Source of the DNA: Chrysomallon squamiferum
Lineage: Eukaryota > Animalia > Mollusca
Assembly (NCBI GenBank): GCA_012295275.1
Contig: CM022670.1
Coordinates: forward strand, 18,600,001-18,664,000
Reading direction: 5' to 3'
DNA length: 64,000 bases
Shown: piece after piece, positions 1-57,529 of the stretch
Position numbering within the stretch: the stretch's first letter is position 1
Layout: every line of letters starts with the position of its first letter
Notes under the pieces: generated by a model
Database searches by the model: none
What the model was told of the DNA's origin: nothing
Seen by the model: the letters and a program-made list of their open reading frames with translations, nothing else
Program-made: the position numbers and the translations under genes

Positions 1-721
1 ATACACACACTAAATGAGGCTGCATGTGAACGCGATCAAATTGTTTTAATTAAAATGCCAGATTTATTTTAAACAAAGAAGATTAATGTAATACCACCAG
101 CAGTGAAATTAATCATAGCATTTAAGTGTGATCGGTAAAAATAATCCGTAATCCGCTGCAAAGGTAACAATTTTAATTAACTCACATTACGTCATTGCTC
201 CGAAATCAAATCGCCGAAATAACCCGATTAATGATATTTGATTACTTTTTCTGTATGTACATCTACATCAAATCCCTCTACCATAAAATTAATAACTGAG
301 AGCGTGCCCACGACTAGCGTACTTACACCATTTATATAGAAACAGGACGATAATAAATATGTAATTAAAATGAACATGACTGCCTAGATATCAGATTTCT
401 GTTTATTTGTTACTCTAGACTAGCTGTTAGCAAATAAATATACTTAGTATTTAAGACTACAGTCGTATGCTTTGATTACAAGTCCTATACACATTTATTT
501 ACTTGACTATTCATTAACAGGAGTGTGCTTTTGTCATAGAGTAATAAAATCTACACACGTTTATTATTTTATTTTCTTTAAATGTTTTTAAGCTATAGAA
601 ATTTCAGTACAGTATTATCTTACAAAATAATACGTCTGGCAAAATAATTTAGATTACGTATATCACAACTAATCTTTACACATATACACATGCACGCATG
701 CGCGAACGCATGCATACACAC

Positions 722-759
<38 letters not shown>

Positions 760-2429
760 GAGTGTGTGTGTGTATGTGTGCGTGCATGCATGGGTGCGTA
801 TGTATACGTGTATGTATATATATTTAGCTCTAATTCTAGATCCATTACATGATGACATTATGGAAAACGAATACGTAGGTGTCATGACGTCAACAAATGC
901 ACTCGCGACTAGTTAAATAATAGTCTTTCAACGATGACATGAAAAGAATTTTTTTTTTTCTTCAGCTTCTTTTTTTTTTTTCAGATCTTTGCATGTCGTA
1001 TAGAGTGTGTTGGTAAATATCTCAGTGTAAAGTGTGTAAGAGGCTTGCTGTGTGGGTTAACTCTTGTAAACAGTCTACAGGTCATCAACCCAAGGCTCTT
1101 GTAATGACAAAAGGGCGTACTCGGGTCCTCGTCTGGTCCGACATTTTCATTCATACGAAGATTACAAATTTGTGTGAGGTTTCACAGACAAAAATCGGTT
1201 GTCTGGAAATGGAGAGAATCAGCTGGTCATGCGCGTAGAGCTCAGGAGTGGACGTGGACTTGTTAGGATAAAATAACAATATAGAAGTTCAGAAAAGTAC
1301 AGACAAAATATACACATTTGTGCGTGTTTCATTATAGGGTGTAATTTTCCTTTTCAAGTTGTTTAATTATCTTTTCGTTTTTTTTTGTTTTTTTTTTGTT
1401 TTGTTTTTTTGTGTGTGTGTATGGGGGTGACAACATTCCATTAGCTTATTTCAACAACAAAACAGAAAAATACAGGCTCACACAAAGACTTACATACAAA
1501 TATACAGACATAATAATAGAAACACATTCACACACATACATACATACATACATACATACATACATACATACATACATAAGTACATATATACATATATAAG
1601 TACATATGTACATATATGCTGTGCAGTCTACCTACAAACACAAAGTTTTATTATTGTCTCAAGTTTGAAAGAAACCTTATTAGCTAATCAATCTAGATTA
1701 AACACATTTAGGAAGATTTATTTAAAATGACAGTCTTGATGTAGAATAAGATGTAAGTGTACGTTATGCATTAATGATTGTAGAGCAAAAAAATAAAATA
1801 GTAATAATAATAATAATAATTAATTAATTAATTAATAATAATAATAGTTGCAGCAACAAAAAAAAAAAAAAAAAAATTATTATCCAATACGTATTTATAA
1901 TACAAAGTTTTGAAACTCGTTACAGCAAAACGAAAATAATAAAAAAATTAATAAAAAAAATACACTTAAAAGAATAAACAGAGATGAAAATAACACAACG
2001 ATGATGAAGAGTGTGTGTTTTTCTTCCTCTTCATCACAAACACCGAGCACCGGCGACTGACACGCTGACGAAGAGTTGCCATGGAGATAGTTTACTCAAT
2101 GAACAAATGTGTTTTCACAAATGGAGATTCACACGAAGCAGTCGTGTCAAGAGAAATGCATATTTACTTAAGCGTATGGTTTAATATGCGACGCCGAAAA
2201 CGGGTGTTTGGTTACGTTACCCTAGGACTCTGAAATTGCCGATATCTTTTGGTTGTGTTATTTATATATAAAATACACACTCTCGTGGTGGTTTCTTAAT
2301 TGCCGGGTCTGTTTACCTGTAAAAAGGTTCGCACCTAATGCTCTCTGAAATTTTAAATATAGTAGACGTGAATATTGTTAATATTATCAGTTTAATGGTA
2401 TTTATACCGTTCACTTTCTTCGACCAAGT

Positions 2430-2641
2430 ATTTATGTCTGTGTGTGTGTGTGTGTGTGCATGTGTGTGCGCGCGTGTTTATATACATGAACATGCACCCA
2501 TACGTACATATAAAACATATAATTTATATATAGATAAAAATAAATATTTTTGCATACAGAGGTATATATATATATATATATGCACCTATACAGAGATACA
2601 AACGTTCGTACATACATACATACATACATACATACAGACAG

Positions 2642-2672
<31 letters not shown>

Positions 2673-2943
2673 TATATAAATACATATATTCATACATAAT
2701 ATATATATATATATATACACACCTTGGCAAGCTATATATGTATACATTCTAACTGATTTTTCTCTTCTTTTTTATTTTTTGGTTTGTGACGTCAAGCGTG
2801 GATGAGTAGCGATTCAGTTGAAAGAGTACCAGCAGAAGTTATTTATAGTTTTGGAGAATAACAGCTCTGTACATCTATACATATAATTATTTTTCGCCTC
2901 CTACACACGACATAGAAATAAAACGTCTAAGTTCTCTCTCTCT

Positions 2944-3027
<84 letters not shown>

Positions 3028-3064
3028 TATATTTTCTTATCGCTCTCTGCCTCTCTCCTGTCTA

Positions 3065-3099
<35 letters not shown>

Positions 3100-4003
3100 A
3101 CTTGAACCTAAACAGTAACAGTATACATAAGCACACATATATATATAATTATATACGTGAACACAAAACATTTCAATGGTGTGTAAAAAAAAAATTCATA
3201 ACGTCGATGACTCATATGATAACCACAAAGAATAAAGTTTCGTTTCGTCACAAAGTTAATTTATTTTATGAATCCTGGGTGTTTGGTGATCCATCCATAT
3301 CCACCCAAGACATATGATTCATCTTCTTGATTTATTAAGAAAATAATTTTACAGCGGGAGATAAAATCTAAGTTTTTAGAAAAGTATATTTTGAAATGTT
3401 TTAATTATTTCTGAGTTTTAAAAGCTTTAATATTGTAAAAAGTTTGAAGTATGAAGTATTTTTAAAAGTTAAATAAATACGTTTTGAAGATTCTTCTTCC
3501 TCTTCTTCTTCTATCATCGTCATCGTCGTCGTCGTCATCATCATCATCATCATCATCATTATCATTATCATCATCATCATCATCATCATCATCATATTCA
3601 TTATTATTATTATTATTAAATCTTCAGTCAATATTTCACCAGGTAGGTATATAAACGAGTTCTTATTCTTTCCTCTCTCTGTCTGTTTATCTATCTGTCT
3701 ATCTATTTATCTATCTATCTATCTGTCTGTCTATCTATCTATCTATTTATTTATCTGTCTGTGTGTGTGTATACACACACACACAAATACATACATACAT
3801 AGATAGACAGACAGACAGATAGATGGATAGATGATAGATAGACAGACAGACACATATAGATATAATTGTGTGTGTGTGAATATATGTATATATATATGTG
3901 TTTATTCCTGTATATATTGGATGTATATATACATATATATATATTTCACACAGATATACAGATAAATAGATAGATAGATAGATAGATAGAGAGAGAGATA
4001 GAT

Positions 4004-4067
<64 letters not shown>

Positions 4068-4597
4068 AAGAAGAACACATTTATATACCTACCAAATGAA
4101 ATACTGAGTGAACATACATCCATACATACATACATACATACATATATGTACACACACACACACACACACATACACATTTACATTTACCGGCAGACGGTTT
4201 CGAAATAGGATATCCCAGTATGTAACAGGGACATTTAACCAAAATAAACCAAATTTTTCACAAGGCCATAAATCACTGTGTTCGTTTGCCGCATCTGTGA
4301 ACTCGATAGCCTTCTACTATTGTTAAAACGGCTTCACTCAACAATCTCATTATTCTTTTATTCGATATTCGATATCCGATTATTGTTGTTCGCCCGAACT
4401 GTTTAAAGCTCCTTGCTTATAGGAAATGAAAGCGATACATCGCTTATTGGGCACTAATGTGTCTCCATAAAGAAATGATAGTTAGTCTGATAAATAAATA
4501 AGTAATAACATTTTTGAAAAAATGGAAATAAAAAATGCACAATTTGGTCATTAAAAAGAAAATACTGACAGGTCAATTTGTTAGTTTTAATATCCTC

Positions 4598-4680
<83 letters not shown>
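2430..4680. repeat. Dense microsatellite cluster: (TG)n, (TACA)n, (TC)n, (CA)n, (ATC)n, (TATC/GATA)n, (GA)n
   Basis: Direct reading; this cluster generates many of the spurious ORFs. Confidence 0.95.
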
Positions 4681-4681
<1 letters not shown>

Positions 4682-5155
4682 TAACAGGGAAAGAAATAAA
4701 AGTAAAAAGAACGCAGATCAACAAAAAAAATAATAATAAAGAAAAAAACTAGTGACAAAGAATGAACGAAAGAGAAAGAGAGATAGCCTGCCAGAGAGAC
4801 AGACTGATTGAGATGGAGAGAAAACCAGATACTAAAATAGACACAAATAACTATCAAACAGTTGTTCTAAAATGGCATTATATAACGTAACTTAAGAGGC
4901 AGGTCGATAAAACAGCTTCTCTATTGATTAAATTGATCTTTCAGCTAAAAAATAAAAACCTAACAGGATGAAACATAAAACTTTTACCATGAGAAATTAT
5001 AAACAATTAAATATTAATTTATTGGAGATATAAGTTCAATATATTTAATTAAAATTGGAACCAAATAATATTTTAAGTATTAAATATTAACAGCAATGAT
5101 TGAAAGGAAAGGATACACAATTTTCTTCAATCTTTGCTCTTTCTTTTTCCTTTCC

Positions 5156-5186
<31 letters not shown>

Positions 5187-6829
5187 TTGGAATGTTTCCC
5201 TCGAAAATCAATTTTCCCATCATTATACGAGAATTAAATAATAATTTGTTCATATTACGTAGCTATTTTTAAACTCTGTTCTTTCTACTGTTTTGCCGAA
5301 TTGTTGTTTAACCTGAGATGTCCCCTCCCCCTTTTTCTCTCACCGTGAAAAGCAGCCAAGGTATTCTGTGTCACAGGAAAAGCTCTTTGAATGAATATGA
5401 CGAATGACTATTAGCGAGCGAAAATGAATAATTCATGACAGTAACATGACACATAAATCTGTTTCTTGAATTATTAACCGAGTATAATATAAATATAACT
5501 TTATTGCGTGATGTTTTTTATTTTGTTGTTTTATTTTGTTTTAAAGTAGGTTGTTTTGGTTTAAATGTTAATGTGAACGTTTTCAACTATTATTTTAAAC
5601 GTAGCACTAAATTTCACAGAATTACTATTGTATTAATGTATTTAACAAATTTAAACAAATAAAGGAAATTTAATTTACGCTGCTATTAATAAGTTCTAAT
5701 GAATATCGTCTGATGTAAGAAATCGACAGTATTTATTTGTTTTCGAGAACAATAAAGGTCCATAAAGAACAATTAATATTTGTTTACTGTCACAGTTAAT
5801 ATTAACGTTAATAATTATACGTGAGAGGAATCAGCTGCCATCACTAACTATTTTAGTAGCTAAACTGTTTCTTCGTATCAGGGAAGCACGTACCACGACC
5901 TTTGACAAACCAGTAACATGGCACAGATGATTAAAGGGGGCAAAAGACAAAGAGTCAAACAAATGAAGACTCGTGTTTTGCCCAAAGAGATTATAAAAAG
6001 TGAAAACAATATAAAACATTTCAAAAGAACAAAGCGAAAATCAAGGTAAACATATTAACCTGTCATTATTGAGAAATATCGTTTGGTTTTAATATTAATT
6101 TCCGCTAGCGTGTTATTTGAAAAATGATGTCAATAAATTTTTGTGTCGTTTGTTCTCTCCACGGGACGTTTGAACTCGCTTATGATGTGTGTCGTGTATC
6201 CAGGCAACGGACAGGTAAAAATCGATCATATCTGAATGCTTGTCTTCCCGTCCCGAGACAAAACCTTGACAGTTAAAACAGGCTGTATCTATGACAGCAA
6301 CATTATTAAGCACTGACGTCTTTAGACTGTTCTCGTTAACGTCATGAAAACGAATTAGTGAAAATATTAAAGAGATGCTGCCAAAATATACCTTTTATAC
6401 ATATGTGTGTGTGTGAATGTTTAAAGTTAATATTTTTAACTATTACCGACGAATTTTTGCCATTTTGTCAAATTTATTTATCTAATCATGTCAGAACGAA
6501 GCATTATTTTTATCACTTAACAAACATTTGTTTTTAAAATGCTAAAGCTGAGATAAAGGGAAATAAATTTATAATAGTTAACGGTTGAATTAAAAACAAT
6601 AAAATCACATACCAACTTTCTTTCTCTCTATACCTTTCTCCCTTGAAGCCATAGTCGTTATAATAAACGGTTCCGGTTGAAAGACGAAATATTTATTAAC
6701 ACGTAACAACATCAAAAACCACTTTGTGAGAAAAAAATAAAATAAAAAATAGAATGAAAAGGAAAAGTCATTATATACGTAATTTCCCAATATGTTAAGT
6801 TTTGCACGTTATAAAAATATCCCTCGTTC

Positions 6830-7280
6830 AGCTCCCGTTCTCACGACGGTTTCTTGGCGTAATGGAACGTAGAAAGAAAACACAATAGAACGCTATTGAC
6901 GAAAATCCGTCGAGCCAGCAATGTTGACAACTACCTGAGGCTTTTACAGGTCACCCTTTATGCTGTATATCTCTGTTATGAAGCCTGCTACAAAAAGCGT
7001 CCTACAGTGACGAAAAATACATACACGAACTTTCCTCTACGCGGAAAAGAAAATACACAAACATATTCAGCTGCGGTGAAGAATTACCTAAAACATCCTC
7101 TTCGGGTTTTTTGGATATATCCGGAGTGAAGAACTGTGATATATGCCAGAGTTATCGAGTGTGGTTGATACACCTGTATTTGTGGTAATTCATCGAAACA
7201 CAAACTGGTTTTGCCAGATCGAGAACCTGCAGTAAGAAACCTTTTCAGACTGGTTAGTCAAGTTCTACCAGAACTTTAGA
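6830..7280 (+). promoter_or_regulatory. Putative promoter / 5' UTR of exon 1a, containing Grh-consensus sites
   Basis: Repeat-free, CpG-richer island ending at ATG 7281, with AAACTGGTTT at 7202-7211 and ACTGGTT at 7249-7255. The TSS cannot be located from sequence. Confidence 0.55.
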
Positions 7281-49602
<42,322 letters not shown>

Positions 49603-51254
49603 ATAATAAAGAAAGAAACTAAAAATATATATAATTATATCAACTGAAGATGTAGATAGGTCAGTTTTGAGATCAAGTGATGGAAGATGGTTTTACCTAA
49701 GCAAAACTGTTCAGTCAGAATATTTAACTAGTTTTAAGAGATATTGGCTTAATATTTATACACCTGTATTCCCTTCAAGATTAACTGGCATATTGTAACC
49801 ATTTCTCACAAAGTGTACATTATTAATCAACAGATTATTTGTATATTGACTTATGCTACTGATAAATTTCAAACAGAGAACAGCTTGGCTGTAATGAATG
49901 GTAAATCTTGAAGACGGCGAAGATCGAAAGATCAAACTTATTTTTAAAATGTTCTTCACGATGCAGTTTGCCATGGGAACCATAAAGGAAATAGAACTGT
50001 TTTAAGGTTTAATAAAAGCAATTGTGCTCTATTAGTACTGCTTGAAGTTAAAATCCTTATAAGAAGTGGATCAGCAGGAGAAATTACATCGGCGCTAAGA
50101 TACCAGTAATAATGGCCTCTCCACGATGGTTACCAGGAATAATGACCTCGGCGCGAAGGTTAAGACGAATAATGACCTCGGTACGATGGTTACCAGGAAT
50201 AATGACCTCGGAGCGAAGGTTAAGAAGAATAATGAACTTGGTACGATGGTTACCAAGAATAATGACCTCGGTACGATGGTTAACAGGAAAAATGACCTCG
50301 GCGCGAAGGTTATCAGGTCGGCTTGAATGTTACCAGGAACAATTACCTCCATACGAAGGTGACGAGGGCAGTGAGAAAAGCCGAAGACGAAGATAAACCA
50401 ACCCTGGAGAACAGTCTCAAAGACAGAATCTCATTGCAATCCAGGCAGAAAAATCAGACCAACAGGGGTTTCTTCGTCAGCAGGGTGCACTGAAACAAAT
50501 TATCTGTTTTCTCATCATATGACTAATAATTCATACAACGTCCAATGGGAGAAAATGAAAAGATAATGAACTTGAAACGCTTTGTCTATCAATTGATAGA
50601 GACTTTTGTGAAATAATTTGTAAACTCACGACAATGAATGTATATTCAAGGAGTTTCAAACCAAATACACATTTAACAATACTTCCATTTTACTGCTGAA
50701 AACTGCTACACTGAGGATCCGTTGATGATTAATATTAAAATTGTCAACTTCACATAAAATGTGAAAACGTCTGAAATTGACAGTGTCATGGAAACAATTA
50801 TTGGCTTTTGATGCTATGTTTTGAACACTTCTCGGACCTAATCTTAGTACAGTCTATATAGGTTAAAAAAGTACAGCTTATTTGGTCTAATCGTTCTGAA
50901 AATCAGTTTTCTTTAAAAATTCTTCATTTAAAAAAGAAAAAATGAAGATTGTCTGGAAGATGTTTATAATACAACAAGATTTGTTGATAGGTATTAAAAA
51001 TAAGAACGACTAGATAAATGTTTATAAATATAGATAAAAACATTTTAAAAGATAGCAAGACAAAGAAAACTTTTGTTTGCCATATATTGTCTTCAGAGAT
51101 TAGATGTGAATAGACTACACTAAACTGAATAGTTTTCTATTGTTTTAATTATTTAACCCTAAGGCCTTACCATAATGGGGATTAGAATTATTTATTCGAT
51201 AGAAAGAACTCTAACATGTAATACCTAGATTCAAACACTCTCCTTTTTCTTTCA

Positions 51255-51287
<33 letters not shown>

Positions 51288-53680
51288 TGCATATTTTCTC
51301 TCAAATCTAAATAAAAAATTATTTTTATACAATTAACTTACTTATCTTAATGTGGACAAATAAGTAGATGGTATATATAGATGTATATGTTTTTACATAT
51401 TGCTATTGTTAATGGAAAAGACCAATGCACATGTAAACAGATTGTCTAGCTCACATTTCTTAAATAACTCCAAAACCTCTGACTGCCTTAAGCTGAAACT
51501 TTTGATGTCCAAGGGTTTAGGGTTTTGTACATATTTTTTGAATACTGGTGCTATGAACATTTTTCACTTTTATTCATTACATTCCTTATATACATAATAT
51601 AATAGTTCTGCATATTTGAATTCCATTACTTACGCCATATATATATAAATGTATGTATGTATAATAACCCGTCCATTGTATTTCATCAGAAGTGTTATGT
51701 CTTACCGTTACATCTACAGATTCTTACTCAGTTAAATATATTTTCTCTGTTAGTTTTGATATTTAAATCTCTAAAATGCTCAGTTTATTTTGGAAATGCA
51801 GGGTTAAATGGTTTTTGAACATGATATCGACGTTTTTTATTTTTATTTTCGTAATGCATTTGCTATCTTATATATTTCGCACTGTCATGAAGATTTTGGG
51901 TTAGAAAATATAAAATATAAAATCAAATTGTATAAAATTATGGTGATAAATGGAACAAAAGTTAATAATATTAAATGTTTTAGATCTCGCTGAAGTTCAG
52001 ATCTGTCTGAAATTCATTAATTTGTTCATATAAAATGAAGTTTTAAGTAAATATTTTTCCCTGAATATGAACAATAAAAGTTTAAAATAAGTGCTTGCTT
52101 ATGGTCGCGGGGCATTCATAGTATAAGTTAAAAGATATCTGTTTTTTGTCTCGTATTCGATATATTATTTTAAAACCTACATATAAGCATAATTATGAAT
52201 GTACACCAAAGATTCCCAAACTTGAAGTTTCAAAACAAATATCTTGCATTCTTCATATCTGTAGAATGTTACTTTGAAATGGACCATTTATCAGAGATGT
52301 TTATTAATTATAATTTTAATTCCATAAGATTATTTTGTGCATTAATTTTCGAGTATACTGGGGTCATACATCTTTTTATACATTTTTAGGTCTCGCGATA
52401 CTTCGTAGTTTGAGAAATCAAGGATTAAAACATTCATAAATATGTATATATATATAGCGATCTTAATTATTATTAAATAATGATGATGAGGGAAATATGG
52501 GTCTCATTTATAAATAGATAGTCCTGTGGTGACAGCCAACTAATAATTGCTTTGTCTCGCAAACTTACTGCAGATTATAATCCGCTTACAGTTTACTTCT
52601 GAGACATTGCAGTGTATATTTTTAAAAAAAGTCTTTGTCTCTAACAATATCAACTACAACTACAACAACTATATATATATATATATATTATTATTATTAT
52701 TAACTTAATGTACATTTTAAACTTCATATATAATTTTTTAATAATTAAAAAGTAAAATTTCTCTAATTGTTGCATAAGGAAATAATACTGCATAATAAAT
52801 TTCAAAGGGCATTATATGTACATAGACCTATGTACGTATATGTATGTGTTTGTATGTGTATCTGCACGCGCGCGCGTGTGTGTATACAGTTATGAGATAT
52901 TACTTATTTTGGAATATATAATATGTATCTTGCTGGTTGCAGACTTTTATCATTTCCAATGTCTTTTGTTATTTGTGTCCGTATATAGAAAGGAATACGC
53001 ATAATATATGATTAGGAACCAATGCCTTTCTATCATTTTAACTGTGAATATTAAAAAAAAAAAAAATAATAATAATTAAAGTAAAACATTTTAACAGTAA
53101 GGTAGAAAACGAAATAAATGTGAAAAGTAAAGAGTGCTTGATAAATGTTTGTAATATACACCTTCGTGTACATTCCATTTCAGTAATAACCGTATGTATC
53201 ATGGCAAAGTTTACATGACAAAGATTTTTATCTTGTATATACCATGACATTTTGTTTAGCTAATGAATCTCATATTTTAGACGCTTTTGTCAATGTACTA
53301 ATATAATTATATATTACATATTAGCAAAGTTCTATATATTATTTTATATCCAGCGGTATCGTACTTAAGTTAGTCAAAAAAAATTGTAGATACTGAATAA
53401 ATAGACTTCATCTAGATATTACCTAGAAATATACGCAGTGAAAAATAGGTTGTATATTTGAAAAATGTGCCATCTTTTTAATGTATGGATTCTTGAATGG
53501 ATGAATTGTGACATGTTTTATTATCAGGGTGTATAATGAATATGTTGATGTTATTGTAGCGCGGTTTGTGGGTTTAGTTTTCTATGCAAAAAGGAAATAA
53601 AAAGAACAAAGCCTTCGATGACATTATAGAAAAATACAAAAACATTGATAATATGAATAAATTAATTGATACGTTTATAA
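49603..53680 (+). other. Probable long 3' UTR of grh; candidate polyA signals AATAAA near 49605, 50011, 52073, 53595 and 53656
   Basis: Follows the stop codon. The AATAAA near 53656 is followed by a G/T-rich downstream element. The true end is unknown because AATAAA is frequent at this AT content. Confidence 0.4.
50096..50340. repeat. 30-bp minisatellite, about 7-8 copies, consensus CGATGGTTACCAGGAATAATGACCTCGGTA
   Basis: AATGACCTCG recurs at 50141, 50171, 50201, 50261 and 50291, with a variant at 50231. Confidence 0.95.
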
Positions 53681-56600
53681 TTTGTCTGGGTTTTTATTAT
53701 TATTATCTATGTGTGTTATTATAATTATAATTCGTTTATTTATTTATTTATTTATTGATAGATAGATTAATTTATTATCGTGTATTTTTACAGACTTCCT
53801 TAGAAGAGTTACACCGAAGTCTTTGTTGTTATTTTATTTGATATTTTGTTCAATAAACACGGTTATTTAGGAATGCACATCCATAAACATCCATAAACAT
53901 ACTTACATTCACACATACATACACGCATACATATATACAAAAAAAGTAGAAAAAGCATCTTTTTCTTTATTTTTCTTTGAAGAACCCCAACTTCTTAAAA
54001 CATTAATAAATTAATATCTTAGCTTTTCTGTCATGCTACCCTATCATATTTAAAACGAAATTAAACGTTTATCAGTTTTGTTTTCATGTCTGTATGTCCT
54101 TGTGCCTGACTTCAGTATTAACAACTTGTGATCTCACCTTTCTTGTTGTGAAACAGACCGGCGTGAGATGCTTTATCAATAAGAATTCCAGATTTCATAC
54201 AAACATGTTTTTTTCATTATAACGCCCACAACAGGTACATACTAAAACGATTATTTATCATTATTTAACTGGACAAATAGTTTCGCTCGTAGCCATCATG
54301 CTTTCTTTATGTTCGTCACCGTTAATTGTCCGTTCATTCATTTATTCGTTCACCGATTTGGCAAATAGTTTACTATTCTCAGATAAATGAATTCTTTCCA
54401 GCTATAGAGAGTGAATGGGTTTGTCGTTTGTTTTTGTTTTTTCTTACATTCTGTCGTTCATCCCAGAAATAAATCAGATTTTTTTGTTATATAGTACTGA
54501 GTTCTTAAAATAACATTTTCTTGTAGCACAATGGACGTATTAGACGTTTTTAGAATGCATGTTTTTTCTGACGATGTTGGTTCTTCTGTCCTTGGGACCA
54601 CACCTATACAATAACATTTTTGGATTAATACAATAAATATTATTTCCTTCCCAAACACACATCAATGAGGCCGATTTAATCGGTTTGTTTGACCACAGTT
54701 CGTAATCCGTGATCAGAAGAGAATATACTTTTTCATATGAAATACCAATTTATCACCTGTATTTGTTAAGTTCACACTTGTTAGCAGTTGTATCAACAAT
54801 GGTTCTTTGTGGTTTTATAAATTAATTTCATGTTTTAGTCGCTGTTGATTTAAGGCAGTTCATATTATTTATTCATTTTGTATACACTGTGACATATTTT
54901 AATACTATGTGCTTTTTCGTCTATACCAGTTTTAACACGTTATGTTCAGTGATAAAGGAGTTTGTTTTCTGCAATCATTAAGCTGTAAAGGAAATTAAAA
55001 TGGCTGTTAAAAAATCACCAATTATTTTCCGTTTAACAATCTATTCTGTTAAATTGTAAAACAAATTATTCTTTTGAATAATTTATTTAATAATTTTTGA
55101 AATATTATTATGGCTTCTAGTTACGAAAATATCACAACATAAACAATTGATTGGAGTAATGACATGAATTTAAAAACATTTTGTATCATATGTTGAACTA
55201 TACCAAAAATACTAACATATGAATCTAATGGTGTATTGGTACAATAATGACTATTTAAATAAACAAACAAATAAACAAATAAACAAATAAATAAATAAAC
55301 AAACAAACAACAAACAAGCAAATAAAAGGCTTTAGTAGTATATTTATCGCAAAGTATGCAACAAAACATTTTTTAAAATCGCATTTATATATCTTAAATA
55401 TATTATAGAAAAAACGAAATAAAATAAAATCTCTGAAACAAAAGTGAGAAATGTATTAATTTAATTATATTTATAAAAGAAAAACAGAACGTCTCATTCG
55501 TGTTTTTTTTGTTTTGTTTTTTTTTGTTTTGTTTTGTTTATTACGGCTGTGTGTTATAACTTTAATATGTGCCTGCTGGTGAAAGAAAACAAAATTCTAC
55601 ATCAGTGGCAAGCAGCTTTAGTTTACATTAACGATTCTTTATTAGTGTGAAAACGTCAGGGGTTTCAATATCTCGTGGAAACAAGAGTATTCAGTTTTAA
55701 AACTAGCTCCCTGTTATCTCTTGATTAATAGTAGCTGTCAGAAAGTCTAAACTTATATCTAGTGAGGATTTCCATATAAAAAGAATTAAACAGACATAAA
55801 TAGATGGTTTTGTCCGTTTCTATAGTTCAATGGAATTTATTTAGGGGGCAGAATTTAGTGCTGGTGGGAACAGTTTATTAACGGGATAAGCAGAGAGAAG
55901 GAATGAAGAGACATGGAAGGAGGGAAAGTGTGAATGAGAAAAGAATGGCAGAGAAATAAAGCGTGAAAAATAGAGCGAGAGAAAGAAAGAGAAGGATTAG
56001 GTTAGAGACCGAATGATGATTCTTTTTGTGTGTCTGCATAAAAATATTTTATTCATCCATATTTTTATGTTTTTTTATTTTTTTTTTTTTTTTATTTTTT
56101 CTCGCACTTTAATATAATTTAAAGAATTTGAATTAACGCAGCTTTCAACATGGATACCAACTCCCGGCTGTTATATAACTATTAGTAGTATTACCGTCTT
56201 ATTATGTTCTTTTTCGTGATCTTTTAACACTTTTTATGTTTTTATTTTGAGGTTTGATGATTATGCTATTAAAACATTTCAAGATTAAAATCACTACACC
56301 AAGAACATTTTATTTTCAAATACTTAAGAAAGATTAGAAAATATATATATATATTTATTAAACAAATTCTTGACTTTCTCCATATTTTTTAATATTTTTT
56401 AAATGCATTTGAATGAAAGAAAATTAAAAAATAAATAAATAAAAAATAAAAAAGGAAAAAAGTTTCTTCCTAGTAAGTATCAACAAAAAAAAAAAAAAAA
56501 AAAAATTATTTATGGTTATAAAAATTTCTAGTCATGCTCAAGCACAGACGACATCTTTAACTCCCACTGGTTTTAAGTTATAATTGGCGGAATGTCAACA

Positions 56601-56869
56601 CACTGTACCTATTACCGCATGTCGCTTACTGTCGCACAGTTTACAGATACGCGTGGGCTTTCTTAAGCAAATATAATTACATCTTGGTGTTGCTGTGATA
56701 TCAATACACATGTATTGAATTTCATTAACAGCAGCATCTAAATTTTAACATGCAATAAATTCAACAAAGGTGTGGTAATAATAAGAAAAGAAACAATGAC
56801 AATAGCCCTTCACCATGCATTTATTGTGGCTTTACAGGTGGTATTCTTTGTACTTAGTTTTTGTTCGGC

Positions 56870-56906
<37 letters not shown>

Positions 56907-57493
56907 GCTGAATTCTTCTTCTTCTTTTTTTTTTTGGGGGTGGTTTTTTTTGATAATATTTTTGTAAATGTCATTTTCATATTTTCTATCTATGTAAGAA
57001 TCTACCTTTCTGTCTGTTTGTTTATAACTATCTATCTCTATCTATCCTTCGATCTACCTGCTGTGTCTGTTTGTCTACCTATCTGTTGATCTATTCGTCT
57101 TTATCTTTCTTTCTGGCGTACCGGCGTACTTATGTCCATATCTAAATGTTTAGGGTTTATTTCCATTTCTTAATAAACTGGGATGATCAAACAAATGCCG
57201 TAAATCAAACTTCATTTTCAAACTTCAAACAAAAGACTATTCCTAACATATCTAAGTACTATCCAGTGTGTAGTGTTAAGATGTTAATCCTCAGTTTATT
57301 ACACAAGACTGCTCAGCACACAGTATTATGTTCTATTGTATAAGATCTTTTACCATTTAAATTACCAATATATTTCTCAAGCATCTGTCTGTTGTGTATA
57401 ACTTTAAAGAAGAGACAATAAGAAATAAAGTGTTTGATTTTGATTTAAATTTGACTGTTCAGAACTATTTGATCGTAAAGCTGTTTTTTTTTA

Positions 57494-57529
<36 letters not shown>

